A DNA stretch of 64,000 bases from a virus. Below the pieces are notes generated by a model. The model was given only the letters and a program-made list of their open reading frames with translations, was not told the DNA's origin and ran no database searches. Below, one piece after another: positions 41,001 through 49,483 of this stretch. Location: positions 192,001 to 256,000 of the IMG/VR virus record IMGVR_UViG_3300028840_006907. One strand, given 5' to 3'. Made by a program: the position numbers and the translations under genes. The number at the start of each line of letters is the position of its first letter. Positions within the stretch are counted from its first letter, which is position 1.

Positions 41001-42053
41001 TTAGGAATCGGTATAACTAATCCTCAGGAAATATTACATGTAGATGGTAATATCGTAGGATCATCTGGTTCTAATTTAGGGTCTGCTGCATTAAGATTTT
41101 CTAATCTTTATTTGGCTTCTTCTATAAACTATAATTCTGATCTTAATTTTGATTCAACAGGAACACATGTCACTTTTACAACAGGTGGTAATGTAGGTAT
41201 AGGTACTACAGATCCGCAAGCATTATTACATGTCTTTGATAGTACTAACGGTGGTGATGTTGAAGTTATAATTACTAATGACTATTATAGTGTTAGTTCG
41301 TTGGATGAAACTACCAGTATAACTTTTCAAAATAGAGGTCACGATGGTAATAGGTATACTGCAAGTAGAATTCTTTGTGGAAAAGAAGGAGATTTTAGTA
41401 TCTCTGATAGAAAAGGTTATCTAGCTTTCCATACAGTTAATCAAAGTTCATTTGAAAGAATGCGAATTACTTATGATGGTAATGTCGGTATAGATACTAC
41501 GGCACCTTTAGATAAGCTTTCTGTCGAAGGTCAAATGTCTGTGACTCTTGCAGGTGATCGAAAATTTAAAGTAGATAGTACAGGACAAATTTATTCCGAT
41601 GCAGGTACATCAATATTTACTCCTGCTGACCTTGCTGAATGGTCAAAGGTAGAGGGGTATCTGGAAGAATATGAGTTAGGTATGGTAGTACAACAATCCT
41701 GTGTAGATTTAACCGTTAAGCTAGCTGATAGCCCTTCTGAGAGAGTATATGGTGTGGTTACAAACCGTGCCACATTTTTGGGAAGTCTTACTGGTATTGA
41801 TAAGAAAATATTAAAAGAATTAACGGATAGTGAGATAGAAGATGAGTTCAATGCCAAAAAAATAGCAATGGTAGGGCATGTTCAAGTTCTGGTAAAGGGT
41901 ACCGTTAATATAGGTCAGTCATTGACTCTTTCTGATAAGAAAGGAATAGCACGGGGAGCTACAACTTTTGAAGAAAAAGCTCTGGCTCTTGGTATTGCAA
42001 GAGAAAGTTATGATTCAACCGATATAGGACTTATTGAGGCGAGATTATTATAA
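35040..42053 (+). CDS. giant fiber-like protein (2337 aa): BNR/Asp-box propeller, collagen-like tract, tandem ~105-aa repeats
   Basis: GTG start after RBS GGAGG; repeated SxDxGxTW-like boxes (TDSGNSW, NDGTSW, TDGTTW, NGGTSW); Gly-X-Y tract about 38065-39180; six repeats containing GSVDETASLIYRFG. Confidence 0.8.
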   Translation: MSEVYQGDYAPNLYNEEKRYYLFQAQQLTNLTDAELRDLHNISNTYVRRTVQAQIGDCAIQDGYKIAENTSDKSNNFLITGGSGTLDDPGMYYLKGYRLFLLGDIAYKDQTDTGTITDDGYTKTILPALTTPTGVTSTLNSLSLSNPTLICCGDTSAIANSSDWGRNWVDRNAMTSQNLNGSSLGDASVGYAVGNVGAVLRTTDSGNSWINIRTSLPTLPTNYQNVNFFDAYFVNSSIGWITGQSGAILKTINDGTSWTVQGSGVTTSDLSGVHGTGLTDVWAVGSSGMVVKTTDGTTWSQQASGTLFNLSRVHAINTLVAYAVGNSGTIIKTTNGGTSWSALTSDTTENLRDVHFTDLNNGWAVGDNGTITRTDDAGSTWDSSTIASVDLRAVTFYDTTGFTAGGSGEIYRTLDNTNWVKYRTDYVYIDFHLAEVSGDATSGSEYIDTSLVDATVGYPSANRLRVVSDVKVSEGWPAPADYTNTDATLQHYIAPLASIERSVGTSDITSANITDLRTVVRTIGEIDAALKDGSIGTSAIADGAITPDKLDSTGDYTMGSLSILGDSSIAGDLTIGGILVVSDYRTSTIMDNLVVRGSAQLGDSTAPYEDSVNIYGNITQVLDSTKIAYDIQTSSTTDASPIIKIVSDSTGSVWHVESKSQTTSSLFDATTQNMGYDFHLNHLGYEGGLFKLRDDASNHTITISKTAPGFRGSVLDVTSNSNDPTINIVNRALSDSTSLSIDQTHGTMITLNTLGDASGIDIYSQGSGRDLHIDHSGTLGIAVDITSSSAQVAMNLVNQMGPAVVITQNGDDEALLVLNKDSTTLGRALEINHRGSDVGLGVYNTGTGMGQLISHVGDSTHPALDIYVAGNEKGPALRINKANDETGEGIRVWNQGFSESLRLIQDRTDSSATVLLIESQSIGYDVSSSNWNIDSSGNIYTAGSITSDSTATVTSSKFAFDSTYYMTSTGMYLDNSGYDSSNPAVAGRAFIESGFLRVSDGTTASPIPSWGATGATGNTGATGSTGATGSGTQGTTGVQGSAGATGATGPAGTGSTGVQGVQGETGIQGLQGDTGVSLGATGLQGITGLRGFTGLQGQTGVAGETGVQGVQGQTGAFGGPPGETGVQGVQGNTGVQGTTGVQGSTGVQGIQGQTGIQGIQGNTGVQGIQGNTGVQGQTGVSGETGVQGTTGVQGIQGQTGIAGQTGIAGQTGVQGIQGIQGQTGAQGLTGVAGETGVQGSQGNTGVQGIQGHTGAGIQGTTGVQGLQGQTGSQGTTGIQGETGVGIQGQTGVAGVDGQTGIQGIQGTTGVQGETGTQGIQGNTGIQGTQGSTGVQGETGVGAQGTTGVQGIQGNTGVQGTTGVQGIQGQTGVQGTQGETGYIDSSSVNHNALLNLTVGDDHTQYAFLAGRTGGQTINGGDAASDVLTLQSTTDTTKGNIILNPISGDVPGKVGIGVTSPIYQLHVGEILDGGTVGICINNQYTANGSVDETASLIYRFGRPLSPQYRVAGQVLVGKEQDWWDYNSTDAYMAFHTTRDTISREQMRINAQGYVGIGTTNPQAKLHVTTFAQFDEGFSTNIGIGVTAPQAQLHVGESVTDGDVSIIVNNWSWTGGSVDETASLQFRFGPPPSNYSAGKISAHKTLDYMSFDNRDSYMTFSVVNNQSEVERMRILNDGKVGIGTTDPQERLHVIDRGQFDMGLQQPIGIGVTAPLAELHVGNSTNGGDVGIIINNQYNTTGSVDETASLIYRFGTVGSANYRVAARICAHKELDWQSFDNVDSALAFRTTRNQSENERMRITSEGDVGIGTVTPSEKLHVEGNIYTTNGFLAGGNIQIEGDFLGGTDGNSNLGSTSRRFNNLYMASSINYNSDLTFDCTGTHVTLTTGGNVGIGTTNPQGLFHVSDDTNGGDVGIVVSNRYIGGGSVDETASMIYRFGHPLGVANKVAARISAHKELDWANSNNTDAALIFWTTRDAVERQQMRIDSNGYLGIGITNPQEILHVDGNIVGSSGSNLGSAALRFSNLYLASSINYNSDLNFDSTGTHVTFTTGGNVGIGTTDPQALLHVFDSTNGGDVEVIITNDYYSVSSLDETTSITFQNRGHDGNRYTASRILCGKEGDFSISDRKGYLAFHTVNQSSFERMRITYDGNVGIDTTAPLDKLSVEGQMSVTLAGDRKFKVDSTGQIYSDAGTSIFTPADLAEWSKVEGYLEEYELGMVVQQSCVDLTVKLADSPSERVYGVVTNRATFLGSLTGIDKKILKELTDSEIEDEFNAKKIAMVGHVQVLVKGTVNIGQSLTLSDKKGIARGATTFEEKALALGIARESYDSTDIGLIEARLL
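38065..39180 (+). repeat. collagen-like GXY triplet-repeat tract (9/18-bp periodic DNA repeat)
   Basis: Continuous GxQ/GxT triplets without proline, e.g. GVQGETGIQGQTG. Confidence 0.85.
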
Positions 42054-42269
42054 TAACTTTTCAATCCTGTTGAGAATGGTGACCAGTTCACTTCGGCATT
42101 TTTCAATTTCATTGAATCTGCCGAAGAATTGGTTACTATGCATTAAATTAGCATCTGTTTTTACTTTTCTTAAATCAGAAGCTTGTTGACCTAATCTTCC
42201 TCTACGTTTTAACCATCTCTTTACAAGTTTTCTCAGATTTTCAACTTCAGTTTTTATCTCATCTTTCAT
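42048..42269 (-). CDS. hypothetical small basic protein
   Basis: 73-aa ORF convergent with fiber gene. Confidence 0.4.
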   Translation of the reverse strand: MKDEIKTEVENLRKLVKRWLKRRGRLGQQASDLRKVKTDANLMHSNQFFGRFNEIEKCRSELVTILNRIEKLL

Positions 42270-42275
42270 AATATT

Positions 42276-44027
42276 TTATGCCTTGTGAAATCGAAAACTA
42301 TTATTAAATAAATAACTAGGTTTTGACTCAACTGATCTTCCCATGTATGTTCTGGTTTTTGAGTAGCTTATATTTAAACATTTCTGAGCCCTTGTGCATG
42401 CTACGTAAAATAATCTCTCTTCCTCTTTTTTATCTACAGCAAAACTATGAGGCCATACTCCTTCTTCTACACCTACAACTAGGACTGTATTAAATTCAAG
42501 ACCTTTACTGGCATGAGCCGTTAATAACTTAACCCCATGTCCGGTATCTTCTTCCAGAAATGTACTTGCTAAAACCAGGTCCTCTATGGTTCTAAATTCT
42601 CTGATGATTTCTAAAAATGAAGTCAGCATTGTACGGTCACTATCTTTTTTAATAGTAGTTCTATAATCTGTTTTATATAAGATAGTCTCAACAGCCTCTG
42701 AAGGAGTCATGCCCTTTATTTCATTTAAGATATTTATAAGTCCTCTTATACGGGGCATTTCATAAGCCATAGTTTCTAGATAAGACCAGCCTTCTCGAAG
42801 TAAAATTTCTTTTTTCTTTGCTCCGAATCCACGAGGGGGTACATTTACGATTCGGTTTAAACTTTCTAAATCATCTCTATTCGTACTGGCTTTGAGAAAA
42901 CTCATTAAATCTTTGGGAACTCTACGCTTATAATAAGGAAGGGCACCAACAACTTTATATGGTATGTGTTTACTTGCAAAAGCTCTTTCAAAGAATAAGG
43001 ATCTTGCATTTACGCGAAACAGTATTGCGGTATTTTCGTAATCGTTGGCTCTTATAAGGGCATTGGATATTTTCTCTGCCTCGTCTTCCTGACTATTAAA
43101 TCCGGTGAAAGATATTGATCCTTGGAAAGGGTTTTTAGCAACCATCTGATTACCGTATTGAATGTATTGATTGGCATGTTTTATGATCTCTGGAGAACAT
43201 CTGTAGTTGAAACTTAAGTGACATACAGTCGGTTTATGTAATTCTATAAAATGTTTTATGTTCTCAGGATGGGCACCCCTAAATTGGTAAATGGACTGAT
43301 TAAAATCAGCCACTACAAACAATGTCTTTGAATTTTTTGTGTATAGTTTATTTATAATGTCATATTGAATTAAAGATGTATCTTGAAATTCGTCTACTAA
43401 TAGATGAGGCCATTTTTTTGAGTAAAAATCAGCGCAATCTTTATGTCCTAAACAGTCATTGGCATAAATGAGTAGGTCATCGAAATCACATGCATTATTT
43501 TTTAGAAGAATCTCTTGGTAAGTTTTATATACAAGTAAAAAATTTCCTTCATTCAGTTCTGATGTAAACTGCGAAAGTCTGAATGATTTCCTGACATTAT
43601 CGGACCCCATTGATTTGATATGGCTAATAGCCAAGACATATGTTTTGGGTTCTCCGGGCAATTCCCGAGATTTAATGATTGTTTTTACAATTGATAACTG
43701 ATCACCGTCATCATATATACTAAAATTAGGTTTTATTGGTAAATGCCGTGTAAAATTTCTGATTATCCCTACACATAAACTGTGAATTGTGCTGACTTGC
43801 ATTTTTCCAATAGAGTCACAATGTAACTTTAATCGCTCTTTCATTTCATTGGCTGCTTTATTCGTAAAAGTAATAGCACATATATTATCTGGAGAAATAC
43901 CTTGTTCCATAAGCCTTAAAATCTTGGCTATAAGACATCGGGTTTTTCCTGATCCTGCCGAGGCATTAACCATTGTAGGTGATGCAGCTTCAACGGCTCT
44001 GGTTTGTTCTGTATCTAATGATATCAT
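42276..44027 (-). CDS. UvrD/Rep/PcrA-like SF1 DNA helicase
   Basis: Motif I SAGSGKTR, motif II VDEFQDTS, motif VI TAHASKGLEFNTVLV. Confidence 0.85.
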   Translation of the reverse strand: MISLDTEQTRAVEAASPTMVNASAGSGKTRCLIAKILRLMEQGISPDNICAITFTNKAANEMKERLKLHCDSIGKMQVSTIHSLCVGIIRNFTRHLPIKPNFSIYDDGDQLSIVKTIIKSRELPGEPKTYVLAISHIKSMGSDNVRKSFRLSQFTSELNEGNFLLVYKTYQEILLKNNACDFDDLLIYANDCLGHKDCADFYSKKWPHLLVDEFQDTSLIQYDIINKLYTKNSKTLFVVADFNQSIYQFRGAHPENIKHFIELHKPTVCHLSFNYRCSPEIIKHANQYIQYGNQMVAKNPFQGSISFTGFNSQEDEAEKISNALIRANDYENTAILFRVNARSLFFERAFASKHIPYKVVGALPYYKRRVPKDLMSFLKASTNRDDLESLNRIVNVPPRGFGAKKKEILLREGWSYLETMAYEMPRIRGLINILNEIKGMTPSEAVETILYKTDYRTTIKKDSDRTMLTSFLEIIREFRTIEDLVLASTFLEEDTGHGVKLLTAHASKGLEFNTVLVVGVEEGVWPHSFAVDKKEEERLFYVACTRAQKCLNISYSKTRTYMGRSVESKPSYLFNNSFRFHKA

Positions 44028-44338
44028 TAATTATAATTCCAAAATCTTGTTTTCATACTTATAACTGAAGCACCCGCTACAATGTTAACGAGTAATCCAT
44101 AATTATAAGTATGGTTAATGTTATGTTTCTTTTTTACATCGTAAAGTTTTTTTAATGTTAATACTATTTCAGCTACTTCTAATAATAATGGAACTTCTTT
44201 TATTTCCTCTGAAGACTTGACTACTGGTTTATATAAATCGCTAAAAATCTTTTTAAAATAAACTTCTACCTCTCCTTTATCCGTCTTGAAAAAAATTCGA
44301 TACCTCCCCTTACCATTCTTTTTTAGTACCTCCATCAT
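44027..44338 (-). CDS. hypothetical protein
   Basis: 103-aa ORF coupled to helicase start. Confidence 0.4.
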   Translation of the reverse strand: MMEVLKKNGKGRYRIFFKTDKGEVEVYFKKIFSDLYKPVVKSSEEIKEVPLLLEVAEIVLTLKKLYDVKKKHNINHTYNYGLLVNIVAGASVISMKTRFWNYN

Positions 44339-44416
44339 AAGTCACTGCTAGTTTGGCTTTAATTAGCATTTTACCTAAATCTTTTCCGTCAACAAAGAAA
44401 TAAGTCATGAATTTAG

Positions 44417-44638
44417 TCATGTTTTATTCTTATTTTTTGAATTGCTCTTTTCATCGATTATATATTTTTTAATAGTATATACCTTTATTATTCCGAGTTT
44501 TTTAAATATATAATCTTGAAATTCTTTTTCTAATTTATCGAAATCATAACTTACTAATTCTAAAGCCCATTTTACCCTGAAATCTTTTTCAGCTAATTGA
44601 ATCAATTTTATTTGAAATTCTGTTTGTGTTAATTCCAT
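44417..44638 (-). CDS. hypothetical protein
   Basis: 73-aa ORF. Confidence 0.35.
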   Translation of the reverse strand: MELTQTEFQIKLIQLAEKDFRVKWALELVSYDFDKLEKEFQDYIFKKLGIIKVYTIKKYIIDEKSNSKNKNKT

Positions 44639-44658
44639 AAATTTTAAGAAAAGTCCTT

Positions 44659-44934
44659 CTATATTTTAGTTAATGGCTCGTCGTATTTTTCAAGAGTTTC
44701 ATCTCTTTTAACCAATTTGCAGTTTACAAATTCAGGCATTCTCGGGTCTTTATTAAATGTATCCACTAATTCCTGAGCATCATCTTTAAATAGACAACAT
44801 GCTTCGTGTGGGTCTTTCACGAAATGTGTCCATGAGTCATTCTCTGAACTGCGAATTTTTTTCATAGCATAAAAAGTACCATTCGGGTGTTGGATTAAAT
44901 AATCCTGGCTAGTATCTGTGTAAAAATCGTTCAT
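44659..44934 (-). CDS. hypothetical protein
   Basis: 91-aa ORF. Confidence 0.4.
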   Translation of the reverse strand: MNDFYTDTSQDYLIQHPNGTFYAMKKIRSSENDSWTHFVKDPHEACCLFKDDAQELVDTFNKDPRMPEFVNCKLVKRDETLEKYDEPLTKI

Positions 44935-45089
44935 AATATACCGCCTTTTGAATGAGTGTGAATAAGTTAATAGTGAGTCCTTTATAAATATTATACCAGT
45001 CTACCCTTGAAACTCTCCCAAAAAAATTTTAATAAAAAATGTGATGGTTTGTAATTCGTTGAGAAGTATAAAATTATAAAACAAAAAAA

Positions 45090-45428
45090 TTAGTCTAAAA
45101 ACTTCTCAATATTTTCTATTGAATTAATGATTTTACCATTTTCTTGTATGAAATAAAATCTTTTTCCACATTTTATACAACTTATTACAGCCATGTTGGG
45201 AACAACTTCTTTAAAATGAAATTGATTATTGATTTGATCTATTACTGATTGCATATTTGAGAAGATGGTATTTCTTTGATATAATGTGAAGACATATTTA
45301 CAGTGAGGGCAGATAATTCGATGAGGATCAACAATTTTTTCCTTATGTTTTTTTATAAGTTCTATGATAAAACTTATAATAATGTAAATACTGAGAAAAG
45401 TCATGGGAAAAATTAATAATTCTTTCAT
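45090..45428 (-). CDS. hypothetical membrane-anchored zinc-ribbon protein
   Basis: N-terminal hydrophobic helix, CPHC ... CIKCGKRF. Confidence 0.45.
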   Translation of the reverse strand: MKELLIFPMTFLSIYIIISFIIELIKKHKEKIVDPHRIICPHCKYVFTLYQRNTIFSNMQSVIDQINNQFHFKEVVPNMAVISCIKCGKRFYFIQENGKIINSIENIEKFLD

Positions 45429-45429
45429 T

Positions 45430-45813
45430 CTAAAGATAATCCTCTATTCGTTTAGCCTTTTCATTCAGATATAATAGGACTTTTTCATCATCTTTGATTT
45501 TACCTTTATCATCGATATATGAAGTCATCTCAATAGATTTGATAGGTTTAACAGTCCCATGATTGATTTCAATTTTTCTATGTACTCCTTTTACTAACAA
45601 GTCAATTTCTTCTTTCTCATCTGAGTCCCAGTGGTACTCTGGGAATAAATAATTAATCTGATTCTTACCATAACCTTTAAATCGACTCAGGATGAAACTG
45701 TTATCAAATTTGTTAAATATGCCTAAAGTCGAATTTCTTGCCATTATAAGATACAGGCAATTGTGTATACATTTATTTAATGGGACATATGATTTAAATT
45801 TCTCTATGCTCAT
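45430..45813 (-). CDS. hypothetical protein
   Basis: 127-aa ORF tightly coupled to E1-like gene. Confidence 0.45.
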   Translation of the reverse strand: MSIEKFKSYVPLNKCIHNCLYLIMARNSTLGIFNKFDNSFILSRFKGYGKNQINYLFPEYHWDSDEKEEIDLLVKGVHRKIEINHGTVKPIKSIEMTSYIDDKGKIKDDEKVLLYLNEKAKRIEDYL

Positions 45814-45828
45814 TGAGTAATATATTTT

Positions 45829-46470
45829 TTATCTATCAAATTCTGAAATTTTCATATCTTTTAAAGTGATTATATAATTCTTTTTAACACCACTCTCAAT
45901 GAATTTGATTAATGACTCCGATGCTACTGCCACTGCCAGAAGTATAATATTCCTGGCCAATGGGTACTCGCATACATCAGGAGCTATCGTGTCTTTTGGG
46001 ACGGTATAAGATTCGTTCCATATTATTTCCGCGTAATCCTGAGACAGCCCGACATGTAAACAGCTCAAACCATTATCCTTACAATATTGATAAACTAATT
46101 TTCGGCTAATATTATTATCAAAAGAATCGATGATAATATTTGGTTTTTTCAAATATTTACTCACAGTAGTTTTATTAAGTTCTTTACTATTGGCATTCAA
46201 AACAGTTTTGGTTGAAGCATATGCTCTCATTTTCATAGTCGCTACTTTGTAGGTACCTTTTTCATTTTGGTTCCAGATCTGGGTACCATTATTGTGAGGT
46301 TCAATTCTGTCTTTATCGATAATTGTAATTTCTTTGAATCCCTGTCGAACTAAATTATCACAAAGATTTGACCCTATTGCTCCGACACCACAGAGTGTAA
46401 TTGGGGTTGTTGATAATTTACCAACTACTTCTTCAGATCGATACATTCTTTCATGTATTAATAAATCCAT
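45829..46470 (-). CDS. ThiF/MoeB-family E1-like adenylyltransferase
   Basis: Rossmann GxGxxG (LCGVGAIGSNL) followed by IIDKDRIEPHN (DxDx-IE-xxN) signature of E1-like enzymes. Confidence 0.7.
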   Translation of the reverse strand: MDLLIHERMYRSEEVVGKLSTTPITLCGVGAIGSNLCDNLVRQGFKEITIIDKDRIEPHNNGTQIWNQNEKGTYKVATMKMRAYASTKTVLNANSKELNKTTVSKYLKKPNIIIDSFDNNISRKLVYQYCKDNGLSCLHVGLSQDYAEIIWNESYTVPKDTIAPDVCEYPLARNIILLAVAVASESLIKFIESGVKKNYIITLKDMKISEFDR

Positions 46471-46474
46471 AATA

Positions 46475-46999
46475 TCATCCTATCCTAGCTATAATGCGAT
46501 CTTTTAACAAGACAAAGGGAATTTCAATACAACCTACAATCCGGTCTTTGTCTCTTTTATATAAATAAAATCTTTGTACTTCTGATTTGATTCCACATAA
46601 TAACGGTTTACCCAAAGCTTTGACCCAACCAGTCATAGTTTTATCATCTAAGGATGAAGGTTCCATTATATTACTTGGATGAGTATGATTAAAACCTACT
46701 ATTTTATTTCTGTCTCTGATTACTTTTTCCCAGTCAAAATCAACTGAACCAGGACCACCAGTGGATTCATAGATTAGTCTACCATAAATCCATTTGCAGT
46801 ATTTTTTACCATATATGATCCAACAATTTTCGTTAATTGTTTGTACTACTTCAATAGCTTCTATTGTTAATTTATTTTTATTGTAAATACCTTTATATGT
46901 TCGACCACATTCTGGGCATGGCATTCTTTGTGTTTCATTTTCTGTAATCCAGCATATATATTTTCCGCACTTACATGTAAATTCACTGCTTTCGGGCAT
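46475..46999 (-). CDS. JAMM/MPN+ metalloprotease with N-terminal zinc ribbons
   Basis: HTH-PSNIMEP-S-SL-D fits JAMM motif HxHx7Sx2D; two CxxC pairs at N-terminus. Confidence 0.7.
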   Translation of the reverse strand: MPESSEFTCKCGKYICWITENETQRMPCPECGRTYKGIYNKNKLTIEAIEVVQTINENCWIIYGKKYCKWIYGRLIYESTGGPGSVDFDWEKVIRDRNKIVGFNHTHPSNIMEPSSLDDKTMTGWVKALGKPLLCGIKSEVQRFYLYKRDKDRIVGCIEIPFVLLKDRIIARIG

Positions 47000-47025
47000 A
47001 GGGATATATCCTTATTTTAGATTTT

Positions 47026-47925
47026 CTAATACAACGTTCTACTTATTTGATGAGTGCGTTGACCCTCTTTTATTACAGAAATTAATGCTTTTAAATCATA
47101 GTCTTTATCACCAACATGACCTGTTTCATGGTCGGTTAAACAGATGCCTGCAGTAATAACGTGGTGACTTTGATCTTTAGTAACAATAGTATTAAATTTC
47201 TCTCCATCGATTTCATATGTTACATAAATATGATCCGATTTTTCATCACTGCTCAGGTATTTACCTCCGGCAAATTCTATATCACGTTGAATCTTTGTTT
47301 TTTTCTTTTCTTCAAGTGCTCGTTCACGTTCTTCTTTGATTTTTAAATCGATTTTGTATTTTATGTTAAAAGCAATTTTCTCCTCCAATGTCAGACCAGA
47401 GAATTTTAATTTAGATGGGTCTCTGAATTCTTTCAGGGACTCATTAAGATAATCTGTAATCATCGGATCGGCTGACATATCCATTGAATCAAACCAGATA
47501 TTAGCTCCGTCAAATCGGCATAGACATTTAGAAAATGTTGTAACCATATCATCGAAAAGAAGAACTGGGTATAATTCTGATACTTTTAATCCCAGATGAT
47601 TACTCTTTATCGGGATCCCAAGATAAAAATCTTTCTTTTTATGTACTAAAACCATTCTTATCTTTGGTAAATATTTAAGATAAGATTGAATCTCATCTAT
47701 TTCCGCTAAATCTATTGCTTCAGCCCGTTTATTATCAAGTGCTTTGAATTTGTACCATCCCGGTTCTGTTTTCGGGATGTTTAAGTAATGAATAATTCCT
47801 TGAATACGGATAATGATTCGGTCATTATAATACACAGGAGAAATGATAGTCTTTTCAGTCATCATTTCTTCCTGTTTCCCTATTTTATCAATAAGGTTTA
47901 AAATATTATCTTTTCTTACGGTCAA
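47026..47925 (-). CDS. hypothetical protein
   Basis: 299-aa ORF between JAMM and Ro60-like genes. Confidence 0.5.
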   Translation of the reverse strand: MTVRKDNILNLIDKIGKQEEMMTEKTIISPVYYNDRIIIRIQGIIHYLNIPKTEPGWYKFKALDNKRAEAIDLAEIDEIQSYLKYLPKIRMVLVHKKKDFYLGIPIKSNHLGLKVSELYPVLLFDDMVTTFSKCLCRFDGANIWFDSMDMSADPMITDYLNESLKEFRDPSKLKFSGLTLEEKIAFNIKYKIDLKIKEERERALEEKKKTKIQRDIEFAGGKYLSSDEKSDHIYVTYEIDGEKFNTIVTKDQSHHVITAGICLTDHETGHVGDKDYDLKALISVIKEGQRTHQISRTLY

Positions 47926-49462
47926 AAGATTTCCTCACGGGTAAAGGTGTATCCATGATCTCATATAGAAGATCGAGTTTTGATTTTCTGGATAGCAATG
48001 GAATTAATCCAGGCAATCCATAGTAATCGCTACCTTCAGGTTCATAGTAATCGAAAGGTATTCTAGCTTGTTTTAAATACATGCTGAATTCTTTACGACT
48101 CCATGAACTTGGAATGTAAATAATAGTAATAGTAGGAGTCACATTAAATTTTTTAACATAATTATCCCATATCTCAACGAAAAATGGATTATTATTTTCA
48201 CCTTCATCAGTGACCACTATTATCTGTTCTACATAATAGTTTTTTCTAATAAGGTAATCTAATGCTATACCTATGGAAGTCCCACCATTACTTTTTACAG
48301 GTCTGAAAGCCCTTTCCCAGGCAGACATATTCGGTTCATTAGCTGTGATCTCTCTGGCCATTGTATCAAAAGTAATAGCATAGAGAGGAGCTTCTGTAGC
48401 ACCTGAAATAAGAGCCGCAACATTTTTTCCGACTTCGATGGCTTGAGTCATAGAACCTGATTTATCGATAAAGACTGCAGTAGGTACTTTTATAACACCT
48501 TTCTTTTTAATTTGCTGATCTGCAATTTCATCGAGGATCTTTTGAGATTCCTCATTTTTGATCCGACCTGTTTTCTTTGCTTCTTTGGATTTTAAAGCTG
48601 ATACATTTTTAGCTTTTTTAGCTTTTTCCAATTTAGCCGTAATCAATGTTTTTGTATCCTCATTGTCCATGGCACCACGTTCTTCTAGGGAAGCATAGTT
48701 ATTAATAACTTCCTGTGGAGACATAGCATTGATTAGAGCAATCAGAATTGTAGGAGTGATTTGATCAACCAAACCTACAGCCACCGTATAAGGTACTTTA
48801 TGTTCTATAATCAGCTTTGCCACTTCAGTCGGATTATCAGCTTGTGCTATTTTTTCGAAAACATTTAATTTACTGTCCGTAGGACGTTCATTTCCGAAAA
48901 GAATCTTCTGAGCACGTTCACTAGGTGCTATACGAAGAGTAGCATATAATCCTTTAAGATCTTTTGGACTTTTTAGGGCAATAGCATCAAAAAGATCGTT
49001 GTTGGTTTCAATATATTGAAGAAATTTCTCAACATCCCTTTTAAAGGCAGTAGGAATATTTTTGTAAAGACCTACATTTTTTTCTTCAATTTTTACTTCA
49101 TCGATCATTTTTTTCTTCATTTTTATTTTTTTGCCCGTTTTATTTCTGATCTTTATTTTTTTACCTTTAATAAAACCGACCACACGTCTTTTAAGATATA
49201 CAGGTATTTCCCTGAAGAGGGCTAGCCCAACTTCACGGTTGTCAAGAAATTCATCAACAATAAGTGAACCGATGAATACTTCTTTATGATCCCGAATATC
49301 TCCATTCTTGTAGTACCAGCTTCCAAGGTGGGCATAAAACAGCGGATCTGCTTTTTGTAATTCAAGATGGGTATTTTTTAATTTATCTAGGTCCCGGTGA
49401 GGGCAACTCAGAAATGAGTTAAGCATGTTAACTCTGATATCATTTTCGTTAGCTTGGTTCAT
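47906..49462 (-). CDS. rsr: Ro60/Rsr-like RNA-binding protein (TROVE-like N-terminal region plus vWA domain)
   Basis: C-terminal vWA with MIDAS residues FIDKSGSM, NGGTSIG, VVTDEGEN (same arrangement as Ro60 DVSASM / AGGTD / FTDNE as recalled); N-terminal ~320 aa with ILIAL helix; next to tRNA-mimic RNAs. Confidence 0.6.
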   Translation of the reverse strand: MNQANENDIRVNMLNSFLSCPHRDLDKLKNTHLELQKADPLFYAHLGSWYYKNGDIRDHKEVFIGSLIVDEFLDNREVGLALFREIPVYLKRRVVGFIKGKKIKIRNKTGKKIKMKKKMIDEVKIEEKNVGLYKNIPTAFKRDVEKFLQYIETNNDLFDAIALKSPKDLKGLYATLRIAPSERAQKILFGNERPTDSKLNVFEKIAQADNPTEVAKLIIEHKVPYTVAVGLVDQITPTILIALINAMSPQEVINNYASLEERGAMDNEDTKTLITAKLEKAKKAKNVSALKSKEAKKTGRIKNEESQKILDEIADQQIKKKGVIKVPTAVFIDKSGSMTQAIEVGKNVAALISGATEAPLYAITFDTMAREITANEPNMSAWERAFRPVKSNGGTSIGIALDYLIRKNYYVEQIIVVTDEGENNNPFFVEIWDNYVKKFNVTPTITIIYIPSSWSRKEFSMYLKQARIPFDYYEPEGSDYYGLPGLIPLLSRKSKLDLLYEIMDTPLPVRKSFDRKKR

Positions 49463-49483
49463 AATATCTCATCCTCCTTATGT

